Assembly: GCA_002687175.1 (NCBI GenBank)
Contig: NYZP01000001.1
Location: forward strand, 839-64,838
DNA from: Parcubacteria group bacterium
GTDB lineage: Bacteria > Patescibacteriota > Patescibacteriia > Buchananbacterales > UBA6539
Length of the DNA stretch: 64,000 nt
Direction of reading: 5' to 3'
The notes under the pieces were generated by a model, which was not told the origin of the DNA, made no database searches, and saw nothing but the letters and a program-made list of their open reading frames with translations. Positions 20,702 through 29,671 of this stretch are shown one piece after another. Each line of letters opens with the position of its first letter. Position 1 is the first letter of the stretch. The position numbers and the translations under genes were made by a program.

Positions 20702-21093
20702 GACCGGCGACTATCACTGCCGCCAATCACTTCGCGCTGAACTGGGTGTTCAGCCGTAATGGTAGCGCTTCTCGCGCACTTTCTTCGGCTCCAGTGGCTC
20801 TGTTTCCTGGTTGATGCGTGAATCGTATCACACGAGTCTCTGACTAGCCTAAGTAACATTACAATTTACCCCTTACGCAGACGTTGACCTCACGGTTCGA
20901 CCTGCGTCCTACATTCCCCCAGACTTCAATAACAGGACAGCTTAGCAGCAGCCCAAGTTAAAGATTTCTGAGGGGTCTTTTTTTTATGATTGACTTTTTG
21001 TAAAATAAATGATAGTTTCAAGCTTAGAAACTAAATGATCTTTAACTTTTCATCTTGATTGACATCTCACCGTCAGTGGAGGGAGAATTTTCA

Positions 21094-21348
21094 ATGATAA
21101 GCTTAATAAACATACAATGTCCTCATTGTAATGTGCAAAAAGCAATCCTGATACCGCCAATAGGTTCAATTCTCATTGGATTATGTAAAGATTGTAATGA
21201 CTCTATTGCTATCTTCGAGGGTCAAGCATTAGCACTAGACACACAAATCATACGAACTGCTGATATCGAAAATCGCAAAAAACATCTGTTAGAAATTTTG
21301 GACAGATTCCTCAAAGAAAGAATTTTCGCATTGATGCCAGATGAATAA
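21094..21348 (+). CDS. small Zn-ribbon protein
   Basis: GGAGGGAG SD, CPHC...CKDC, own TTGACT promoter at 20990. Confidence 0.7.
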   Translation: MISLINIQCPHCNVQKAILIPPIGSILIGLCKDCNDSIAIFEGQALALDTQIIRTADIENRKKHLLEILDRFLKERIFALMPDE

Positions 21349-21422
21349 CTCCCTCAGTTTTTTTAAAAGTTGAGGGATTTTTATTTGTTTTTTTAAGGTC
21401 CTTAAGCTAAAATATAGGTGTT

Positions 21423-22856
21423 ATGAACATCAATTTATTCGGCAAATTGTTTAAAGGGGTAATTGCAACTTTAATTTTAACAGAGCTTTTTTCATTAGTC
21501 AGCTACCAAATACCACCACTAAATCAGGTGGCTTTTTTTGTTGTTTTGATTGTAGTACTGTTTTTATCATTACGAAAGTTAGAATACGGGCTTTATATTT
21601 TATTGGCTGAAATTTTTGTCGGGGGACTAGGACATCTATTTTCTTTTGATATTTTTGGGGTCTCCTTGTCAATTCGTCTAGGATTATTTTTAGTAATCAT
21701 CGGCGCTTGGCTTATTAAAATAATTAAGAAAAAAGAAAAATTCCAAATTCAAAATTCCAAATTCAAAATTCCAAATTTATTTTTAGCTATAGCTATTTTA
21801 ATTGGGGCAATTAACGGTTTATATAATAATGAATTAATTAACGTCTTCCTAGATTTTAATGCTTGGATCTACTTTTTATTAATTCCAGTTTTTCTAACGG
21901 TAATCAAAGGTCAAAAAATTATTGAAAATATTTTACAAATTTTAATTGGCGCTACAACTTATTTATCACTTAAAACTTTAATTGTCTTGTTTTTATTTTC
22001 CCATAACATTGCCGGCATCGGCGGATTTTTTTATAAGTGGATTCGTGATACCGGAGTCGGGGAGATTACTTTTGTTTCAGGAACTATTTTTCGAGTATTC
22101 TTCCAATCACAGATCTACGCCTTGATGGGATTTTTTATTGTCTTAGTGATTGTGGCCTACAATTTTAGGCTTAAAGAATGGAAAAAGTATGTTGTTCCAG
22201 TTTTATATCTTTATCTAACGTCATTAACTATTATTATTAGTCAATCAAGAAGTTATTGGGTTGGGGGACTGTTTGGCCTAATTAGTTTAATCATTTTTGG
22301 CTGGTGGAAATTTAATTTTAAACTCAAAAAAATTGTTGTTTTACTTTTAATGTCATTAATGTTTTTGGCTGATCAAATACTATTGATTAATTTTATAACT
22401 AACAACTTTTCGGGAAACTTAGTTGCTGACAGATTCAAAGGTTTACAAACAGAAGCGGCCGGAGTTAGTCGGCTTAATCAACTTGGTCCACTAAGTCAAG
22501 CCATATCCAGACAACCACTCTTTGGTTATGGCTTTGGTAAAGAACTAACTTACAAAAGTCTTGACCCCAGAATTTTGAATAATAATCCAGATGGCACTTA
22601 TACCACCTATGCTTTTGAGTGGGGCTACTTAGATATTTGGCTAAAGATTGGCTTACTGGGTTTATCTGCGTATAGCTTATTAATTGGTCTATTATTTTAT
22701 TTAGGATTAAAAAAAACCAGTTCAATCACTGGACTTAAAATTGGTTTGCTAACCGCCTTAACTGCTTTACTGGTAACTAATATTTTTTCTCCCTATCTTA
22801 ATCATCCTCTGGGAATTAGCTACATAATGCTTTTACTGGCAACGTTACGAGATTAA
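21423..22856 (+). CDS. O-antigen ligase/polymerase-like membrane protein
   Basis: Multi-TM, SQSRSYW, PLFGYGFG, WLKIGLLG. Confidence 0.8.
   Translation: MNINLFGKLFKGVIATLILTELFSLVSYQIPPLNQVAFFVVLIVVLFLSLRKLEYGLYILLAEIFVGGLGHLFSFDIFGVSLSIRLGLFLVIIGAWLIKIIKKKEKFQIQNSKFKIPNLFLAIAILIGAINGLYNNELINVFLDFNAWIYFLLIPVFLTVIKGQKIIENILQILIGATTYLSLKTLIVLFLFSHNIAGIGGFFYKWIRDTGVGEITFVSGTIFRVFFQSQIYALMGFFIVLVIVAYNFRLKEWKKYVVPVLYLYLTSLTIIISQSRSYWVGGLFGLISLIIFGWWKFNFKLKKIVVLLLMSLMFLADQILLINFITNNFSGNLVADRFKGLQTEAAGVSRLNQLGPLSQAISRQPLFGYGFGKELTYKSLDPRILNNNPDGTYTTYAFEWGYLDIWLKIGLLGLSAYSLLIGLLFYLGLKKTSSITGLKIGLLTALTALLVTNIFSPYLNHPLGISYIMLLLATLRD
21738..21779 (+). repeat. in-frame 7-bp tandem repeat (AAATTCM-like x6)
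   Basis: aaattcc aaattca aaattcc aaattca aaattcc aaattta. Confidence 0.8.
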
Positions 22857-23792
22857 TTTTTTACCAATTAAATCTGTCTGGCCCCTTAAAAAATCTTGAC
22901 CAGACATTTCCTTTTTACCCTCGAGCTGAACTGAAGTAAGCTGAATAGCACCTTGGCTGCACTTTATAGCAAGCCCCTTATTTGGACCTAAAAATAGCTC
23001 TCCGGGAACTAAATTAGGGCTAAAATCACCCTCTAAAAGGCCTAAATTGACGATTTTAAGGCGTTTATTATCAAGATAGCTAAAGATGCCAGGCCAAGGG
23101 TAAAAAGCCTTAAATTGGCTAATTATCTCAGTAGCCTTTTTTTGCCAATTAACCTTTCCGTCATCGCGATCAATCAGCTTTGTCATGCTAACTGCTGACT
23201 CATCTTGAATGGCTGGTTTAATCTCTCCACCTAAATACCGCCATAAAATCTTAACAATCATCTCGGCTCCTAAATTAAATAGCTTGTCACTAAGACTTTG
23301 GGCATTATCATCGTCTTCGATGTTAATTTTTTCTTGAAAGACGATTGGTCCAGCATCCATCAGAGAAGTTAATTTAATAATTGATACCCCTGTTAGCTTA
23401 TCGTTATTTAGTAGCGTTGTTTGAATCGGTGAGGGACCACGATACTTTGGTAATAATGACGGATGAAGATTTAAAATGCCATGTTTTGGTTTAGACAAAA
23501 TTGCCTCTGGGATAATCATGCCATAAGCAACCAGGACTCCCAAGTCAACCTCCAACTCGTTAAAAATGTCACTAAGTTCTTGTTTATTGGCTGGCTGTAA
23601 CACTTCAATACTGTTATCTAAAGCTAATTGTTTAACCGGTGAAGCGATTAATTCCGACGAGCGGTTAACCGGTTTGTCAGGCTGGGTAATAACTAAAACA
23701 GGCTTTAAGTTGTTATCAATCAAAGCCCGTAAAGTAGGAGTTGCTAATTGTGGTGTTCCAAAAAAAACAATTTTTGGATTAAGATTTGTCAT
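22845..23792 (-). CDS. fmt: methionyl-tRNA formyltransferase
   Basis: FFGTP, TQPDKP, NLHPSLLPKYRGPSP. Confidence 0.96.
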   Translation of the reverse strand: MTNLNPKIVFFGTPQLATPTLRALIDNNLKPVLVITQPDKPVNRSSELIASPVKQLALDNSIEVLQPANKQELSDIFNELEVDLGVLVAYGMIIPEAILSKPKHGILNLHPSLLPKYRGPSPIQTTLLNNDKLTGVSIIKLTSLMDAGPIVFQEKINIEDDDNAQSLSDKLFNLGAEMIVKILWRYLGGEIKPAIQDESAVSMTKLIDRDDGKVNWQKKATEIISQFKAFYPWPGIFSYLDNKRLKIVNLGLLEGDFSPNLVPGELFLGPNKGLAIKCSQGAIQLTSVQLEGKKEMSGQDFLRGQTDLIGKKLIS

Positions 23793-24288
23793 TACTTTTT
23801 TTCATTTTAGCCAGTACCTCTTGACCCTTAGTGATTTCTTTTGATCGATCAATAAATAAAATACCATTAAGATGATCCACCTCGTGTAAGATTACTCGGG
23901 CGAACAGTCCGTTGGCAGTAAACTTTATTTTTTTACCATTTTGATCAAAAGCGGAAACTCTAATTTTGATTGCTCGGCGAACCGTACCAAAAACTTCGGG
24001 GATACTTAAACAGCCTTCCTCTTCTTTTTCTTTTTTTAATGACTTCATTAAAATTCTGGGATTAATCAATACTACTGAACCATCATCAGTTCTAATTACG
24101 GTTAAACGAAGACTTTTGCCAATCTGGGGAGCAGCTAAGCCAATACCTTCCTCGGTAATCATTGTTTCTTCCATATCCAAAATCAGCTGCTGAATTTCAT
24201 CACTTTGAATTTCGGCAACTGTTAATTTTTTTCCCTTGATTCGTAAAACCGGATCAGGATAAATTTTTAAGGGTAAAACTTTAGTCAT
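23779..24288 (-). CDS. def: peptide deformylase
   Basis: GIGLAAPQIG, EGCLS, HEVDHLNG. Confidence 0.97.
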   Translation of the reverse strand: MTKVLPLKIYPDPVLRIKGKKLTVAEIQSDEIQQLILDMEETMITEEGIGLAAPQIGKSLRLTVIRTDDGSVVLINPRILMKSLKKEKEEEGCLSIPEVFGTVRRAIKIRVSAFDQNGKKIKFTANGLFARVILHEVDHLNGILFIDRSKEITKGQEVLAKMKKSNDKS

Positions 24289-24340
24289 AGATTATGGTCA
24301 TTATAGCTAAAATATGAAAAAAATCAAGTAGCTTAATTGA

Positions 24341-24390
24341 TTGACTTTTGACTAATAATTAGCTAAATTAGAATTAAGTTGCTCCTTGAC
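24341..24390 (+). promoter_or_regulatory. sigma70 promoter plus boxA-like motif of peptide array
   Basis: TTGACT-17nt-TAAATT, then TGCTCCTTGAC. Confidence 0.6.
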
Positions 24391-24430
24391 TTTTAAAATA
24401 CCCCCTTACAACAAAGAAGGAGACATAGTA

Positions 24431-24601
24431 ATGGATAGCGTATTGATTGACAGCGGGTGGGATCTATTTTTGTTGTTTGCTATTTCATGGGTTGCAACAT
24501 TTCTGCTGGCTTTTGTAGTTATGGCAACCACTCATTTTTTCTTTGGCCCTTGGTTGAGAAGGCTACTGTTCAGAACTACTATCCAAGTAGCACTAAGCTA
24601 A
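24431..24601 (+). CDS. small membrane peptide 1 (56 aa)
   Basis: AAGGAG SD; MDSVLIDSGWDLFLLFAISWVATFLLAFVVM... Confidence 0.65.
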   Translation: MDSVLIDSGWDLFLLFAISWVATFLLAFVVMATTHFFFGPWLRRLLFRTTIQVALS

Positions 24602-24611
24602 GGAGAATACA

Positions 24612-24701
24612 ATGGATATGTATTGGTGGGTTGTCATCCTTGGAATGGCTGGATTTATATTCCTTGGTGGTCTTTGGGAAAAATTCAAAAACCGCAAGTA
24701 G
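24612..24701 (+). CDS. small membrane peptide 2 (29 aa)
   Basis: TAAGGAG SD; MDMYWWVVILGMAGFIFLGGLWEKFKNRK. Confidence 0.65.
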   Translation: MDMYWWVVILGMAGFIFLGGLWEKFKNRK

Positions 24702-24712
24702 AAAGGATAATC

Positions 24713-24811
24713 ATGAAGTCGCTAGGTGAGATAATCGCCGTAGTATTAGCGGTTGGGTTTGTTACGTTATACGAATTTTTTCTAGCAATTAGGAAAATGA
24801 CAAACACGTAA
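24713..24811 (+). CDS. small membrane peptide 3 (32 aa)
   Basis: AAAGGA SD; MKSLGEIIAVVLAVGFVTLYEFFLAIRKMTNT. Confidence 0.6.
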   Translation: MKSLGEIIAVVLAVGFVTLYEFFLAIRKMTNT

Positions 24812-24832
24812 GACCATAGAAGGAGGTGGGTG

Positions 24833-25003
24833 ATGACTTTGTTAGAGTGGGGAATACTGATATTGGCCGCAATGTTTATCTGCAATATTGTGGCTACTGG
24901 CATGTTCGGTCGAATAACTGGTGTAAAAAGTGCTGCTGTTCTACTTTCGGTGGGAGCAATTTATTGCTTAATCTGCCTAGCCAGGGGTGATGAAGAAATA
25001 TAG
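24833..25003 (+). CDS. small membrane peptide 4 (56 aa, 2 TM)
   Basis: AAGGAGGTG SD; MTLLEWGILILAAMFICNIVATG...CLARGDEEI. Confidence 0.7.
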   Translation: MTLLEWGILILAAMFICNIVATGMFGRITGVKSAAVLLSVGAIYCLICLARGDEEI

Positions 25004-25017
25004 AAAGGAGGTGAATA

Positions 25018-25197
25018 ATGCCTTGGTACGGATGGGTGGTAATTGTTTGGTTTTCCATAAACACATGGTTAGCCGTAGATCAAGTAAGGAGTGATAGATT
25101 TAGTCTAAAAGAAACACCAATGGTGTTTTTGTTTGGCATACTGACTGTGGTTTGGTTCGTCATTGATTATATGGTTGAGCAAAGTAGGCGGATGTAA
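25018..25197 (+). CDS. small membrane peptide 5 (59 aa, 2 TM)
   Basis: AAAGGAGGTGA SD; MPWYGWVVIVWFSINTW...VEQSRRM. Confidence 0.7.
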   Translation: MPWYGWVVIVWFSINTWLAVDQVRSDRFSLKETPMVFLFGILTVVWFVIDYMVEQSRRM

Positions 25198-25239
25198 CCT
25201 AACACCGGTTACTGACTAAATTGCTCGTTCATTTCTCTT

Positions 25240-25270
25240 AGCTCAACACATTTGTGGGGAGCTTTTTTTT
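25240..25270 (+). terminator. terminator of peptide array
   Basis: AGCTC..CACA-TT-TGTG..GAGCT followed by long T run. Confidence 0.6.
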
Positions 25271-25302
25271 ATATATTAAGTCTGTTATAATTTTAAAGAA
25301 CT

Positions 25303-25545
25303 ATGGAAGATTTTAAAAAAATTTTGGCCAATAAAAAAAGTATAAAACCGCCAGCTTATCAATGGCAATATTTAGCTTTGCGCATAATTGATGAACTAAA
25401 TATCCCAGCCAAGAAAAGAAACTCAGTCTTTCAAGTCTGTAAAAAATATCCTAAGGATTTTATTGAGAAATGTTTAAACGATACTAAAGAGCTGGCTCAA
25501 GAAGGGGAGCCGTGGCGATATTTTTTTAAATTAGTAAATAAATAA
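25303..25545 (+). CDS. small hypothetical protein
   Basis: Host-like codon use, TATAAT just upstream, PPAYQWQ. Confidence 0.75.
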   Translation: MEDFKKILANKKSIKPPAYQWQYLALRIIDELNIPAKKRNSVFQVCKKYPKDFIEKCLNDTKELAQEGEPWRYFFKLVNK

Positions 25546-25586
25546 AAAAATCGTACTAAAACGATTTAAAAAATTATATCAATTTA

Positions 25587-26384
25587 TTACTGGAGTTTAA
25601 AATTACAAACTGTATAACCAACACCAAATGGTCCTTCGTAAGATAGCACTTCTGGTTCAATATTAAGTGATTCAATAATCCCTAATAAAATAATGATTGA
25701 CCGCAAGCCGCACTCGCCGGCTTCTTTTATTAAATTAGGATCCAGTTTTAAAATTCCTTGAATATCTTTCTTTTCAATTAACTCAACAATTTTTTTATCA
25801 AACACTGCACCTTGCTCCGAAAAACCACCGGGAGCATCTTTGGTTAATTTATGAGACAAATCAGCCGAACCAATCACCGCAAACCGTTTATTAATATTTG
25901 ATAGCTGTTGATATAAAAACTGGCCAAACTTAAAATGTTCTTCATAGCCTAAACCAGAGTAGGTGATGGGAATAATTTTAATATCCTTTAAATGCTGGGT
26001 AAAAAAATAAAGAGGGACGGAAAAACCGTAATCAATTTCTGATTCACTGGTTAACACCAAAGGAACCTGCTCGTGCTTTTCGTCACCAGCCCGAATCTGC
26101 TGAATTGACATGTAATCACTTTTAAATTTTAGTTCCAAACCAAAATCACCAAAATCTTTAAAGTTAGCCGAGTAATCAGCATTTAAATTAATATTAAAAG
26201 AATCATCCAAAATTTTACCATGAGGAGAAATGATTACAATGCTTTCCGGTTTGGCAGCATAAAACTCTTGCTCTAATTTCTTCATCGCCTCGTCGGTCTT
26301 GGAAATTTTGGCTAGATTGTCTTTACCAATCTCGGGAATCAAGACTGGCGGATGAGGAGTAATAGCAGAAAAAACTACAGGCAT
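25587..26384 (-). CDS. AmmeMemoRadiSam B / LigB-like (MEMO) protein
   Basis: PHPP, ISPH, SADLSH, AGECGLRS, SYEGPFGVGY. Confidence 0.88.
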   Translation of the reverse strand: MPVVFSAITPHPPVLIPEIGKDNLAKISKTDEAMKKLEQEFYAAKPESIVIISPHGKILDDSFNINLNADYSANFKDFGDFGLELKFKSDYMSIQQIRAGDEKHEQVPLVLTSESEIDYGFSVPLYFFTQHLKDIKIIPITYSGLGYEEHFKFGQFLYQQLSNINKRFAVIGSADLSHKLTKDAPGGFSEQGAVFDKKIVELIEKKDIQGILKLDPNLIKEAGECGLRSIIILLGIIESLNIEPEVLSYEGPFGVGYTVCNFKLQ

Positions 26385-26390
26385 AAAAAT

Positions 26391-27752
26391 TTATTCAATG
26401 TCTTCACCTAGGGGGTGAATGTTAACGGCCAATTGGCTAGTTTCAATTATATTATCCCACTTGTATGCAAAATTGGCAAATGCTGATTCTGATTTAATCC
26501 AACGACGGAAACCATCCGAAATAACGTACACCTTAGAACCATCTTTAATTTTTATTAATTCACCATCTTCGAACTTGATTGGTAGACCAGTCAGGTATTG
26601 ATCAAGCTCTTCCGGACTAACTTGAGTTAACACCTTGCCTTTAAACTTAGCATCCATGATTTCCCGAGAATATATTGGATGTTTAACACCATCCTGAACA
26701 TGAAACACTCCACCACTTTGATCATCTTGAATTAAAGCACCGGTTGGATAGATACTTTCAACCGTAATTTCTACTCCATAGCTATAACCAGCTAAGTCAG
26801 CTTCGGTGACTTCAATGATTTCTTCGGGATTAAAACCAATTGTTCGAAAAACTTCTGGCGAGGAAATGTAACGTAAATCATCATCGACTAAAAGATACGT
26901 TTTGCCATCCGATAAACCTAAAATAGAATAGTTGTAAAATTGTATTGGCGAGCCATCTTCATATTTTTCTAAATCAGTTTGGGAAGTAGTGATAATTTTA
27001 TTAGGGTCAAACCGGGAAATAAAAACTCCCCAAGAAGTTACTAACCGTTTGGCACCATACTGAATCCACCAAACCGCCGGACTGTTATAGGATTTCAATA
27101 AAGAACCATCGGGATAGTCTCGTCCCCAGTAATTCTGCCAAATCTGCCAAAACCGATTGTTACCGTGATAGTGCGGCGTATAATTATAGAGATTGGCTGT
27201 CGCTTGATTAACTGGTTTAATATACCAGTCATCAATTAAAAATGTTTTATCTTTTTGATAAGTCCATTGAAAAGGGTTTTCAAAATATTGCCGAAGTTGC
27301 CAAGTAGCCCCATCAACTTGTTTACCAAAATCTAAAGTATTGGGATGACATGAACCGCTGTCCGGACAACGATAACCCATGGCTCGATCTAGACGCTTTT
27401 GAGTCGGGGAAGGGTCATCAATTAAACTTTGCTCTTTTTGCAAAGTGGCAATAATTACTTTCGGACTGATAAAACTTTCTTGAGCTGCTTGCCAAATTAT
27501 TTCCGAAGCCTTTTTATTGACCCCATTATAATCAGTAGTAATTAAATTAGCCAAACCACTATTACGCTGAATTAAAAATCCCTGAATGTCTTCCAAAGAC
27601 ATTGAAAGTTGATCAGTCATTTCTTCATCGGTAATCACAAAATGAGGATTAAAAAAATAGTCCTGCTCAGCGGCAACGACTGGCAAAAATGTCATCATTA
27701 AAAAACAGACACAACTTAGACTGAAAATTATCAATTTAGTAGTAGATATCAT
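26391..27752 (-). CDS. secreted cell-surface protein (hemagglutinin-like/putative cell-wall enzyme domain plus C-terminal repeats)
   Basis: Signal peptide, LQKEQSL, MGYRCPD, ATANLYNYTPH, repeated DG.L.K..V motifs. Confidence 0.7.
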   Translation of the reverse strand: MISTTKLIIFSLSCVCFLMMTFLPVVAAEQDYFFNPHFVITDEEMTDQLSMSLEDIQGFLIQRNSGLANLITTDYNGVNKKASEIIWQAAQESFISPKVIIATLQKEQSLIDDPSPTQKRLDRAMGYRCPDSGSCHPNTLDFGKQVDGATWQLRQYFENPFQWTYQKDKTFLIDDWYIKPVNQATANLYNYTPHYHGNNRFWQIWQNYWGRDYPDGSLLKSYNSPAVWWIQYGAKRLVTSWGVFISRFDPNKIITTSQTDLEKYEDGSPIQFYNYSILGLSDGKTYLLVDDDLRYISSPEVFRTIGFNPEEIIEVTEADLAGYSYGVEITVESIYPTGALIQDDQSGGVFHVQDGVKHPIYSREIMDAKFKGKVLTQVSPEELDQYLTGLPIKFEDGELIKIKDGSKVYVISDGFRRWIKSESAFANFAYKWDNIIETSQLAVNIHPLGEDIE

Positions 27753-27875
27753 AAGTTGATTATAACATTTTAAACTATGGTAGTTAAGTAAAATTTAACA
27801 AAGAAAAAAGGCGGTCACACTTTAGGTGAACGCCCATGATTATAGATTTTGCCCTTTGAAGAAAAAGGCCTGGAC

Positions 27876-28061
27876 TTATTTGGGGATCCGTACTGATTTT
27901 CCCTGAGCATTTCTGATTTGAGCAAGTGCTTTGTCAGCACACTTCGGGCAATAGCCGTGACTAACACCAGGCCCTAAATCTTCCTTAGCTGCCAGAGACC
28001 ACGTAGCACTACCTTCGGGTCCTCGACGGATTTTTTTACAAACGCAACACTGCACTATCAT
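27876..28061 (-). CDS. small CxxC...SHGxCxxC Zn-binding protein
   Basis: GGAGGGAG SD, CCVCKKIR...W...SHGYCPKC. Confidence 0.7.
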   Translation of the reverse strand: MIVQCCVCKKIRRGPEGSATWSLAAKEDLGPGVSHGYCPKCADKALAQIRNAQGKSVRIPK

Positions 28062-28642
28062 GTATTAGTCTCTCCCTCCGATTGGCCGATAATTGAACGG
28101 CAGACCGGACAACAGCTGTGCTCCAAAAGCAAGGTAACAGTCTTGCCATTTAGCTGCTGCCAGGTTCCGTCTTGGCAAACTTTCTGACAACGACCGCAAA
28201 CCGGAACCAACTCTGGCTCTTGACCATCAGCGATCTCAGACGTCAGCTCGTCAACGTGCATTATGAACCAAACCCATGATCCTTGATCTAAGGAAAGTAC
28301 TGGAGTACCTGCCTCAATCTTGTCGGGATCTTCGGCCAGTACAGCACTTGAAAAAACAGCAATCTTCGTCTTGGGATCAAGTGCTTTCATTTGTTGAATC
28401 AACTGACTGCTACTGGCCAAATCGATAACGGTCAGATTAATAACCATTCGAAGCAGTCGCCACTGTTCGAAACAGTCACTTTGATCAACGGCCATCAGCA
28501 CATTAAAATGTGCTTCCGTCAGCTTTGACTCAAGCTGCTTGCGCATCTCTTCATCTTCGTGCAAGACCAACACAGTCCTGGGTTGGTTCCCTTCAAACAT
28601 TGTCCCTAGATCGTCTATTTCTGTGCATTGTTTCATGAGCAA
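28058..28642 (-). CDS. degenerate receiver-domain protein with C-terminal Zn motif
   Basis: AAGGAGG SD; VLVLHEDEEMR..L..L, VIDL; VCGRCQKV..W..HSCCPVC. Confidence 0.6.
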   Translation of the reverse strand: MLMKQCTEIDDLGTMFEGNQPRTVLVLHEDEEMRKQLESKLTEAHFNVLMAVDQSDCFEQWRLLRMVINLTVIDLASSSQLIQQMKALDPKTKIAVFSSAVLAEDPDKIEAGTPVLSLDQGSWVWFIMHVDELTSEIADGQEPELVPVCGRCQKVCQDGTWQQLNGKTVTLLLEHSCCPVCRSIIGQSEGETNT

Positions 28643-28885
28643 TGCCTCCTTTTTGGTTGTGGGTTAAAGCCACAATTTGAAAGGATAACATTGTTACAAA
28701 ATCTTGATGAGTCTATACAATATTTGTACAGACACCAGATAAAAAGAGCTTAAAATAACCCCTCACGGGGTAAACCCCTTTGAGGGTTACTGTTAAATAA
28801 ATTAACACTTTGATAACTTTGTCAAGTAAGCAGTTGCTAAAAACACTTAAAATAGTTAGAATAAAAGCATTGTAACTAAAATAAT

Positions 28886-29662
28886 ATGGCTAAAGTTGAT
28901 ATTCTGGGTGTTCAAATTGATAACCTGTCTTTACAGGAAGTTTTAGAAAATATCAAACAATTTTTGAATTCTCGAAATCAACACTTTATTGTGACCCCTA
29001 ATCCAGAATTTTTAGTGGCCGCCAATAAAGATCAAAACTTTAAACAGATCTTAAATTATGCCGATATTGCAGTGGCCGACGGTATTGGACTTATCAAAGC
29101 TGCCAAATTTTTAGGTAAGAGATTGCAACGAGTTACTGGGGTTGATCTGGTTTGGGCAATATCAGAACTGGCCGCTGAAAAAAAATATCCAATCTATTTT
29201 TTAGGGGCTGATGAAATGATTGCCGCCCAAACTGCTGAATTTTTAAAACAAGAGTTTAATAAACTAAAAATTGCCGGCGCGGAAAGTGGCGGCGAGATTA
29301 TTAACCCCCAAACCCCTGACCAAGACTTGATCAAACGTATTCAAGAAGCCAGACCCAAAATTTTGTTTGTTGCTTTTGGTCAGGTTAAGCAAGAAAAATG
29401 GATTTTTGCTAATTTAGATAAATTTCCATCAGTCAAACTGGCGGTGGGAGTTGGCGGTGCTTTTGACTATATCTCTGGTGAAGTTAGTCGAGCTCCAAAA
29501 TTTTTACGCCAAGCCGGACTAGAATGGCTCTGGCGGTTAATTCAACAGCCTGCTAGATGGCGACGAATAATTAATGCTGTAATTATTTTCCCTTTATTAA
29601 TCCTGTTTCGAAAATATTTTCCGGAAAAGATGCCGGAAAATACCAACGAAGACACTGAATAA
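28886..29662 (+). CDS. WecB/TagA/CpsF glycosyltransferase
   Basis: VTPNPE, ADG, RVTGVDL, KQEKWI, GVGGAFD, RAP, GLEWLWRL. Confidence 0.93.
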   Translation: MAKVDILGVQIDNLSLQEVLENIKQFLNSRNQHFIVTPNPEFLVAANKDQNFKQILNYADIAVADGIGLIKAAKFLGKRLQRVTGVDLVWAISELAAEKKYPIYFLGADEMIAAQTAEFLKQEFNKLKIAGAESGGEIINPQTPDQDLIKRIQEARPKILFVAFGQVKQEKWIFANLDKFPSVKLAVGVGGAFDYISGEVSRAPKFLRQAGLEWLWRLIQQPARWRRIINAVIIFPLLILFRKYFPEKMPENTNEDTE

Positions 29663-29671
29663 TAAAAAATA

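Noticed and set aside
20132-20859. Minus-strand ORFs of 161 and 196 aa
   Set aside because: Shadows of the SD-led, signal-peptide-bearing plus-strand gene
24386-24903. Track ORFs 24457-24729, 24623-24811 and 24685-24903
   Set aside because: Better explained by five SD-led short ORFs; the track starts lack SDs
24341-28830. Prophage
   Set aside because: No integrase, terminase or structural genes; small ORFs are interleaved with host genes
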